From contig JBBKWJ010000286.1 of NCBI GenBank assembly GCA_037968895.1, forward strand, positions 9,260 through 73,259: DNA of 64,000 bases, given 5' to 3'. The stretch's first letter is position 1. The number at the start of each line of letters is the position of its first letter. The DNA comes from Acidimicrobiales bacterium (GTDB lineage Bacteria; Actinomycetota; Acidimicrobiia; Acidimicrobiales; SZUA-35). Under the pieces are notes generated by a model. It was not told the origin of the DNA, did no database searches, and saw nothing but the letters and a program-made list of their open reading frames with translations. Positions 1-7,016 of this stretch are shown piece after piece. A program made the translations under genes and the position numbers.

Positions 1-55
1 GAGACGGGAACCCCTGACTCCGATAGGTTCGAGGGTCAGCAGCGAGCGAGGTACG

Positions 56-712
56 ATGACAGACGAGCCAATCCGCGTGTTCCTACTTGACGACCATGAG
101 ATCGTGCGACGTGGTGTCGCCGAACTTGTCAACGCCGAACCAGACATGGAAGTAATCAGCGAAGCGGGGAACGCCCATGATGCGTTCAACACCGTTGGGC
201 TCACCATGCCAGACGTTGCTGTGCTCGATGTCCGCCTTGGCGACGGAAACGGCATAGAAGTGTGCCGTGAGATCACCTCGGCCTATCCCGATATCGCCTG
301 CCTGATCCTGACCTCGTTCTCTGACGATCGGGCACTCATCGACGCCTCATTGGCCGGAGCAAAAGGCTTTGTGCTTAAGCAGATCAGAGGCAACGACCTC
401 ATTCGATCTATTCGCCAGGTCGCGAAGGGCAATTCACTCCTCGACGCAGGCACCGTCAGAGCCTGCGTACAACGCCTAAAGCAGGGCGACGAGGGACTCA
501 TCGAGACGCTGACCTCACAGGAACGTAAGATCTTCGATCTCATCGGCGAAGGTTATTCGAATCGCCAGATTGCAGGCGAGCTCTATCTCGCCGAGAAGAC
601 GGTCAAGAACTACGTGTCCAACATGCTGTCGAAACTCGGCATGACACGACGCACCGAGGCCGCCGCCTTCGCCGCTCGTATCGATGAGCGCAATCTGAGG
701 AAATACGACTGA
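56..712 (+). CDS. NarL/FixJ-family response regulator (receiver + LuxR-type HTH)
   Basis: 218-aa ORF. Receiver pattern (VFLLDDHEIV, DVAVLDVRLGDGNG, LTSF, KG) followed by a LuxR HTH (TSQERKIFDLIGEGYSNRQIAGELYLAEKTVKNYVSNMLSKLG). Its stop lies 4 nt before the kinase ATG. Confidence 0.9.
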   Translation: MTDEPIRVFLLDDHEIVRRGVAELVNAEPDMEVISEAGNAHDAFNTVGLTMPDVAVLDVRLGDGNGIEVCREITSAYPDIACLILTSFSDDRALIDASLAGAKGFVLKQIRGNDLIRSIRQVAKGNSLLDAGTVRACVQRLKQGDEGLIETLTSQERKIFDLIGEGYSNRQIAGELYLAEKTVKNYVSNMLSKLGMTRRTEAAAFAARIDERNLRKYD

Positions 713-716
713 CCAG

Positions 717-2558
717 ATGACAGAGCCTGTGCAGAGCCCGCAGCAAGACGGCGAACTGGCGTCTGTCTACCTCGCCAGCGCGCCAGACGCCATCATCGTT
801 GTTGAGGCCAACGGCATCATGACGATGGTCAATAATCAGGCCGAGGCTCTGTTTGGATACGGCCGAAGCGAGATGCTCGGACAATCAGTCGACATGTTAG
901 TTCCGCAGAGTTTCAGCTCTTCGCACGAGGCGCATCGTCGTCGGTACGCGGGCGAGGCTCGTATTCGGCCGATGGGCGATGCAGGAAGTCGTGTGCAGGG
1001 CCGAACCAAGGACGGCACGCTCGTGCCAGTCGACATTGCCCTTAGCCCGCTCAGCGGTGCCGCAGGGGCTGGCGCAATCGCGATTGTGCGTGATCTTAGG
1101 CAGCGGCTCGCCGCCGAGGCTGCCCATGAAATTGTCCGACGCACGTTGGACGCCATCGACGATGCCGTCTTCATTTTCGACCCTGTCACGCTCCAGTACA
1201 CCTACGTCAACGAAGGAGCGCAGAGCCAGGTCGGGTACGACCGTTACGTCCTCATAGGTGGCAAGACGCCAATGGACATTGCGCCCCAGTTCACCGAGGA
1301 CGACATTCGAGAACTCGTAAGCGGCTTGCTTGAGGGGACGCAAAGCTCGGTTGCTCTCACCACGACGCACCAGCACCGAGACGGTCACTCAGTTCCCGTC
1401 GACATCCTCATTCACTATCCCTATATCAGCGAAACCGCGCCTCGGATGTTGGTTGCAATCGTGCGAGATATCACTGAGCGGCAAGCGGCGGAAGACCTTC
1501 GCGATCGTCGGGAGCAGCTCCTCGCCTCCCTCGCCGATGTCAGACGAGCAACGATGATGGAGGCGCCGATCGATGACGTACTTCACAGCCTGCTCAACGC
1601 AACATGCGAACTGCTGACCGCCGATCATTCGTTCATCGCCGTTCGCTCGAATGACGGAGCACTTACCTACCGAGCGATGTCGAGCACTATCACAAAAGAC
1701 CAATCTGGCCTTTCAGTCCCCGACTACCCGCTCATTCAGCAGGTTCTTTCTGACGGTACGGCCCGAGCAGTTGCTTCTCTGTCGGAATTCGGTCCTGGCT
1801 TTGTGGCACCGCTGATTGCCTCTGGCTCACTCGCAGGCGTCTTCGTCGCCGCCCGGCCAAAAGGAGCCAAAGGGTTTACAGCCGACGAGATCGCCATCGG
1901 ATCGTCGCTCGCTTCCGAGATTGCAGTCAACATGGATCTCGCCAGAGCCCGGTCTGACCGTCGCCGAGTTTTTCTCGTTGAAGACCGGGAGCGCATTGCG
2001 CGCGACCTGCACGACGTCGTGATTCAGCGTCTTCTCGCGGCCGGTATGGGTTTGCAGGCATCGCTCAACAATCCTGAGAAACTGAACGAGCGGGCGACTA
2101 CCACCCTCGATGAGCTTGACGGCACGATCGATGTCATCAGGGAGACGATTTTTCACCTCACCCAACCCGATCTCTCCCTTGAGGGCGAGATTCGGCGAGT
2201 GGTAGATCGATACCGAACCGTCGGTCGAAATGATGTGAGCTACGAGATCGATGGCGAGATCGAAGAGCTACCAGATGCGATCGGGGCCAACCTCGTCCCG
2301 ACCATCACTGAGCTGCTCTCGAATGTCGAGCGACACGCCGAGGCGTCGAAGGCAACTGTTGCGCTTGTAATCACCGACAGCTATCTCACGCTCACCGTCG
2401 TCGACGACGGGTGCGGGATCGACGATTCTCGACCTCGGGGCTTTGGCATTCGAAACATCACGAACCGCGCCGAATACCTCGGAGGGTCGACCCAGATCGA
2501 ACCCGGACCGAGCAACCTTGGCACCAGCGTGACCTGGTCGGTGCCTCTCTCTCGTTAA
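717..2558 (+). CDS. PAS-PAS-GAF sensor histidine kinase (HisKA_3 / HATPase_c)
   Basis: 613-aa ORF with two PAS-like segments (the second ends VAIVRDITERQAAE) and a GAF-like middle part. It has the HisKA_3 H-box ERIARDLHDVVIQRLLAAGMGL and ATPase boxes (ELLSNVERHA, DDGCGI, GFGIRN). No obvious TM helix. Confidence 0.85.
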   Translation: MTEPVQSPQQDGELASVYLASAPDAIIVVEANGIMTMVNNQAEALFGYGRSEMLGQSVDMLVPQSFSSSHEAHRRRYAGEARIRPMGDAGSRVQGRTKDGTLVPVDIALSPLSGAAGAGAIAIVRDLRQRLAAEAAHEIVRRTLDAIDDAVFIFDPVTLQYTYVNEGAQSQVGYDRYVLIGGKTPMDIAPQFTEDDIRELVSGLLEGTQSSVALTTTHQHRDGHSVPVDILIHYPYISETAPRMLVAIVRDITERQAAEDLRDRREQLLASLADVRRATMMEAPIDDVLHSLLNATCELLTADHSFIAVRSNDGALTYRAMSSTITKDQSGLSVPDYPLIQQVLSDGTARAVASLSEFGPGFVAPLIASGSLAGVFVAARPKGAKGFTADEIAIGSSLASEIAVNMDLARARSDRRRVFLVEDRERIARDLHDVVIQRLLAAGMGLQASLNNPEKLNERATTTLDELDGTIDVIRETIFHLTQPDLSLEGEIRRVVDRYRTVGRNDVSYEIDGEIEELPDAIGANLVPTITELLSNVERHAEASKATVALVITDSYLTLTVVDDGCGIDDSRPRGFGIRNITNRAEYLGGSTQIEPGPSNLGTSVTWSVPLSR

Positions 2559-2570
2559 CGATCGGCTGCC

Positions 2571-3005
2571 TTAACGATCGTCGCCGACAACTTCGATGTC
2601 GAGCGACCCGGAACGCTCGAACTTAAGAATCACCGCGATCGAGTCGCCAACCTTCACTGGCTCAGCCAGGCCAAGACACATCAGGTGAAGTCCATTTGGC
2701 TCAAAGACGACGTCGCCGTCCGGCTCGATTGGAACTTCAAGTAGTTCATCCATGCTGGACACGTCATCGGTCGTGACCGACTCGTGGATCTGCATCTCAT
2801 CGCACGATGAAGAGGACGCACCAACAAGTGAGTCTGCGGTCGTGGTGAGATTGTGAATGGTGAAGTAGAACGCAGCTACGTTCGTGACAGGCGGAGTTGG
2901 TGGCGACCATGCGTCACGCACCACGATGTCTGCGGAATCGCTGGTGCTGCAGCCGGCCATGGCGATGACAAAGAAAAGAACGAGGAGAAACCTGCGCCGT
3001 GTCAC
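2571..3005 (-). CDS. PCu(A)C-type periplasmic copper chaperone, probable lipoprotein
   Basis: ORF 2571-3062 trimmed to GTG 3005, giving a GTGA overlap with the SCO1 stop at 3002-3004. Lipobox-like VIAMAGCS. Exact H-x10-M-x21-H-x-M copper motif, counted by hand in HESVTTDDVSSM...(21 aa)...HLM. Confidence 0.85.
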   Translation of the reverse strand: MTRRRFLLVLFFVIAMAGCSTSDSADIVVRDAWSPPTPPVTNVAAFYFTIHNLTTTADSLVGASSSSCDEMQIHESVTTDDVSSMDELLEVPIEPDGDVVFEPNGLHLMCLGLAEPVKVGDSIAVILKFERSGSLDIEVVGDDR

Positions 3006-3643
3006 GTCAGCAGGGCCTTGAGATCGTCGGCGAGAACCTGAGCCTCGATCGCTGGGGGCCACACGATGCGGAGGTCGCCGTTGGTGTCGATACCCATCAG
3101 GCTCGCCGTGTGGTCCATCTCATACGTGCCGTCTGCTTCGACCTCGCTTGGCTGGAAGAACACGCCGTATTGGCTGGCGACCTGTGTGGTGGCTTCGGGT
3201 GCGCCAGCAACGCCGTAGAAACGCTCATCGAAGAATCGCACATACTCACCCGTCGTCGCGAGCTCGTCGCGTTCCGGATCGATCGACACCATTAAGAGAG
3301 TCACTCGGTCGCCATCGTCGCCGAGCAGATCGAGAGCCTTTGCCACATCGCGCAACGTCGTCGGACATACGTCAGGGCAGTTGGTATACCCGAAATAGAC
3401 GAGCACGATCTTGTCGTCAAAGTCGCCGAAGTTGACAGGTTGGCCAGTATCAAGCAGTAGTCCGTCCATTGCTGGAGCTGGCGTCGACTGCTGAAAGACG
3501 GTGCCGGCGTACAGGTGCGGGCTGAAGAGACTGACCGCGAATCGAGCAACGAGAATCCCGGCAAGGATGACCGCCGCCAGAATCAGAACGAGGAGCCAGC
3601 GTGGACGGCGGTTGGTTGATGATGTGGCCATAGTTGAACTCAC
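3002..3643 (-). CDS. SCO1/SenC family copper chaperone / thiol-disulfide oxidoreductase
   Basis: 213-aa ORF with an N-terminal TM helix (WLLVLILAAVILAGILVA), CPDVCP (CxxxCP) and the downstream His ligand region YEMDHTASL. GTG 3643 forms a GTGA overlap with the upstream stop; ATG 3631 is the alternative start. Confidence 0.9.
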   Translation of the reverse strand: MSSTMATSSTNRRPRWLLVLILAAVILAGILVARFAVSLFSPHLYAGTVFQQSTPAPAMDGLLLDTGQPVNFGDFDDKIVLVYFGYTNCPDVCPTTLRDVAKALDLLGDDGDRVTLLMVSIDPERDELATTGEYVRFFDERFYGVAGAPEATTQVASQYGVFFQPSEVEADGTYEMDHTASLMGIDTNGDLRIVWPPAIEAQVLADDLKALLT

Positions 3644-4308
3644 GGGTAGCAGAGGAATAGGTGGGCAGCTTCATAGGCAACCCCGGCCGCGCCGTCCGAG
3701 TATCGGACCTCATCGACGAGGATCCCCACATGGCTGACGATTTTGTCTTGATCGTTTGCAATCGTTTGATAGCGGTACTCGCCTCGCACAACTCCCCAAC
3801 CGTCAACTAACACGTAGGCCGGGTCGAACTCCACTTCGCCGCTGGCCTCGTCGAACTCGAAGAATCTACCGAAGCCAGCGCCAACGACCGTCTTCAGAGT
3901 TGCCTGGTCGCCGCTAACCCACCGCCAGTTCGTACCGTCGGCTCCCGAGGCGTCTGAGGCCGCCGCGAGTTCCGCCTTAGGCGGCGAATCGAGCGCAATC
4001 GTCACAAGTTGGAACGAGATGTCGTCAAGCTTGACTTCGGTTGGCACCCTGGCTGCGAGGCCGGCCATCGTTGCGTTGATGTCATCGCACCGCTCGTCGC
4101 AATCAGCTGGCATGAAGGTGTACAACGTGAGGGCGCCACGGGCGTCTTCACTTGTGGTTAGCTCACCACTGTCGTCTTGAAGGGCATAGCCGGGCGCCAA
4201 GCCAATGCGGGGCAAGACCTGGATTGGCTCCACAATCACAAACGCCAACGCGGCCACAATCAGCACACCGATCAACGACGCTGTGACCTTCAGCCATAGA
4301 GGGATCAC
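3640..4308 (-). CDS. SCO-like thioredoxin-fold membrane protein with degenerate metal site
   Basis: C-terminal 222 aa of track ORF 3640-5031. It has a TM helix (VTASLIGVLIVAALAFVIV) then SCO-like spacing (ALTLYTFMPADCDERCDD, CxxxC). I saw no DH(T/S) His-ligand motif. The start is set at GTG 4308 because the upstream part of the ORF looks non-coding (see findings). Confidence 0.6.
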   Translation of the reverse strand: MIPLWLKVTASLIGVLIVAALAFVIVEPIQVLPRIGLAPGYALQDDSGELTTSEDARGALTLYTFMPADCDERCDDINATMAGLAARVPTEVKLDDISFQLVTIALDSPPKAELAAASDASGADGTNWRWVSGDQATLKTVVGAGFGRFFEFDEASGEVEFDPAYVLVDGWGVVRGEYRYQTIANDQDKIVSHVGILVDEVRYSDGAAGVAYEAAHLFLCYP

Positions 4309-4332
4309 GAGCCGGTCGCTACCATCGTCGAG

Positions 4333-4752
4333 ATGAAGTGGCTCAAGTGGATCGCCCTCGTCGGCGCCTTTCTCGCGATGTTGTATTACACCGCCCTCCC
4401 CGGTGACCTCGTCACCAATAAGGGAACCGACGGCGAGGGAATCGCCGGTACCTACACTGTCAACGGCGAAGGCCCTACCGGCATCGAGTATTCCGGCACC
4501 GTCGTGATTGTCACCACGGACGACACCGATCTCTACGAGATTCAGTGGATCGTCACCGGCGCTATCGACAAAGGAACCGCTCGCCTCTCGGGCACCAAGC
4601 TCGAGGTCGACTGGGAGTCGGTCGCCACGTCCGGCGACCCCATGGTCGGGACTGGCGATTACACCGTCACCGCTGAGGGCCACATCGTCGGAACCCGCAG
4701 CGTCGCCGGAAATGACGCGCTGAGCACCGAGGAGTTCTTCCCCGAGAGCTGA
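4333..4752 (+). CDS. Small membrane-anchored or secreted beta-rich protein, unknown function
   Basis: 139-aa ORF with strong C/G preference at codon position 3 (hand count about 85 percent). N-terminal hydrophobic anchor MKWLKWIALVGAFLAMLYY. Internal repeat GTYTVNGEG / GDYTVTAEG. It lies on the opposite strand to all of its neighbours. Confidence 0.65.
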   Translation: MKWLKWIALVGAFLAMLYYTALPGDLVTNKGTDGEGIAGTYTVNGEGPTGIEYSGTVVIVTTDDTDLYEIQWIVTGAIDKGTARLSGTKLEVDWESVATSGDPMVGTGDYTVTAEGHIVGTRSVAGNDALSTEEFFPES

Positions 4753-4769
4753 GTCTTTCTCGTTTGCAG

Positions 4770-7016
4770 TCATCCGGTTTCTTCCGTGAGCGAACCGAGA
4801 TACACGACAAGCGCTTCGAGATCTTCGGGCGAAAGTCGCTCTTGATAGATATCGAGCATCTGACCGCTCCGATACCCGTCGACCACGTAGGCATCGGGAG
4901 ACAGGATTGACTGACGAATGTAGTCGGCTGCGCTCAGCCCAGGCAGACGGTCGGCGCCGTTCGTTCCGATACCGGCAAGCGACGGGCCGACTCCGTTCTC
5001 CCCCGCATCGACCGAATGACAGACCTTGCAAGCTCCCCCCGACCGCGAGTCGAAGACGTCTCGTCCCTCCGCCACGCCGGGAGGGGCAGGAATATCGGCT
5101 GCCTCAACGACAAGCCGTCGACCTGAGTCAAGGTTTGGCGTGCCTTGATACAACAGAGTCGGCTCCGTTTCATCGCCACGTTCGTAGAGCAACACTGTGA
5201 GGTCGACCGGTCCGGGAGCCACATCAACATCAATAATTCCAACCGCCCGATCTCCATCGCGGGGCACGCGTTGTCGAGCAATCTCGACATCGTCGGCGGT
5301 CACCACGATGCTGACGTCGGTGCCAGCGACACCAGTCGGCGCTGCTTGCGACTCAAGTTGAGCACCAGGCTCATGGTCGATGATCACCCTGACGCCGGCC
5401 TCGTCTCGTCCAGGCGAAAACGGTGTGCGCGTCGCAGCAGCAACGGCGGCAAGCGACACGATCACCAGGAGCCCAACGTGTACTAGTGCCCTTCTTGAGG
5501 ACGGTTCGGCTACCGCGTCTGGGTGCAGGCCGCGATCGCCAAGCGAAGTTCGCAGTTCTCCAGGGGCAACGAAGTCTTCGGCCGCTACTCCTACCCACTT
5601 TCGGGTGACATGCGGTGCCCTCGTTCCTTCCAGGCGCTCCGCGGCGAGAACATTGCCAATCCCATACGAGCAGTCACCAGGCGGGCAACCAACAACCTGC
5701 ACGCCAGTTGCCCCTCGCTCCATCAAACTACCAACGGCCTGACTATGGAACATCCCAGCGCACGACACGCCAACGAAGACAGTTGCCTCGTCGGCTGCTT
5801 CCTCAGAATTGGTCGCACGAAAATGAGTGAGGTGCCGATCGCAGGCAATCACTACTTGCTTGCCTTTCGGATCGACCTTGTCAACGGCGTCAGAGCCCGG
5901 CAGTGACATCGCCCCGAACGAGCACGACCCGATACATACGCCACAGCCAACGCAGGCGTGCGGGTCGACGATGGCGACAAGCCGTTTGTTCTGCGAATCG
6001 GTCCGTGAGGTCATCTCAAGCGCGGCATACGGACAGTCGATGACGCAGAGATCGCAACCGGTGCAGGCGTCTTCATCGATTTCGACAACCGCAGGATCAG
6101 ATCGGGTGAGAAGCCGAGGTAAAAAGAGCACGCCGATGCCGGCGAGAACCCCGAACACAAGCACGAGCCAAGCTGCACCAGACAACAGCGGCGGCAACAG
6201 GAACATGATGAACGGATCGAGCGGCATATCGGCCACAAACTGAGCGGCGTCTGCTCGCTCCAGTAGATCGGCTGGCAATGCGAGCGCCGCAACGAGCAGC
6301 GCTCCAGCCATCAACGCCATCCAGTGCCGCGGCGGGACCCACCCAAGCCGAGATCGGCGTACATGTCGATACGTGGCGTACCCGATGGCGGCCGTAAGCC
6401 CGAGATGGATGAACCAGATTGCAAGCAGCAGGGTCCATCCAGAGCCAGCGTTAGGACCCATAATCCGGTCGACTGCGAACGTTGCTCCCCACGACGTGTC
6501 GCCGAGCATCGAGATCATGACCTCGTTGAGCGCACCGGCACGTCGATCCCACACGAGCCAGTAGCCAGTGACTCCCGCAAGCCAGACCATCACCAACGCC
6601 GCGACTCCGCTCACCCAACGCCATCGCCGCTTGTGGCCGGTAAATCGCTTGGCCCCGAAAATCCGCCAGGCGTGTACAACGGTGGTCAACACCAGACCTG
6701 CAGACGAGTAGCGATGGATGGTTCGCACCACCGACTGGATCGGGTGGTTCTGCATCTTCAGGACCGAGTTATACGAGCTCTCAAACCCAAACTCGTAGAA
6801 GAGGGTGATGTAGAGGCCCGTTACGGTCACTACCGCAAGCAGGAACACACTTATTGTGCCCGCATGCGGTAGTGGGTTAAGACGATTCGAGCCGGCAATT
6901 CGTCGGATCGGTCGCTCCGCCGCAAGCGAACCGCCCTCGATCGAATTGATTACCCGTTCCAGGCGAAGCGGGCCCGGTTTGGCCCCCTTTTTCTGGTTGC
7001 TCGGGCTATCTACCAC
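4770..7016 (-). CDS. Multidomain fusion: di-haem cytochrome b core + 2x[4Fe-4S] ferredoxin + MvhD/FlpD-like module + TM + beta-rich domain + class I cytochrome c
   Basis: Single open frame. Two bis-His pairs sit 14 residues apart (IHRYSSAGLVLTTVVHAW; FIHLGLTAAIGYATYRHV). Ferredoxin motifs CTGCDLCVIDCP and CVGCGVCIGSCS. MvhD-like VSCAGMFHSQAVGSLMERGATGVQVVGCPPGDCSYGIGN. TM helix LVHVGLLVIVSLAAVAAA. CKVCH is encoded at 5016-5030. The start is taken as GTG 7016, which overlaps the cbaA stop (GTGGTAG); the track start at 7121 would overlap cbaA by 112 nt. Confidence 0.8.
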   Translation of the reverse strand: MVDSPSNQKKGAKPGPLRLERVINSIEGGSLAAERPIRRIAGSNRLNPLPHAGTISVFLLAVVTVTGLYITLFYEFGFESSYNSVLKMQNHPIQSVVRTIHRYSSAGLVLTTVVHAWRIFGAKRFTGHKRRWRWVSGVAALVMVWLAGVTGYWLVWDRRAGALNEVMISMLGDTSWGATFAVDRIMGPNAGSGWTLLLAIWFIHLGLTAAIGYATYRHVRRSRLGWVPPRHWMALMAGALLVAALALPADLLERADAAQFVADMPLDPFIMFLLPPLLSGAAWLVLVFGVLAGIGVLFLPRLLTRSDPAVVEIDEDACTGCDLCVIDCPYAALEMTSRTDSQNKRLVAIVDPHACVGCGVCIGSCSFGAMSLPGSDAVDKVDPKGKQVVIACDRHLTHFRATNSEEAADEATVFVGVSCAGMFHSQAVGSLMERGATGVQVVGCPPGDCSYGIGNVLAAERLEGTRAPHVTRKWVGVAAEDFVAPGELRTSLGDRGLHPDAVAEPSSRRALVHVGLLVIVSLAAVAAATRTPFSPGRDEAGVRVIIDHEPGAQLESQAAPTGVAGTDVSIVVTADDVEIARQRVPRDGDRAVGIIDVDVAPGPVDLTVLLYERGDETEPTLLYQGTPNLDSGRRLVVEAADIPAPPGVAEGRDVFDSRSGGACKVCHSVDAGENGVGPSLAGIGTNGADRLPGLSAADYIRQSILSPDAYVVDGYRSGQMLDIYQERLSPEDLEALVVYLGSLTEETG

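Noticed and set aside
2555-2580. Direct repeat TTAACGATCG x2 between the convergent kinase and PCuAC genes.
   Set aside because: Each copy simply contains one gene's stop codon (TAA / TTA). Only a weak 6-bp CGATCG stem is possible, and chance is the likely explanation.
4309-5031. N-terminal 240 aa of the 463-aa minus ORF (3640-5031).
   Set aside because: 4774-5031 overlaps the 3' end of the fusion gene in another frame. 4309-4773 has weaker third-position GC than the opposite-strand ORF 4333-4752 and gives a low-complexity G/D/S string. It is kept only as an alternative because of the ATGA at 4770-4773.
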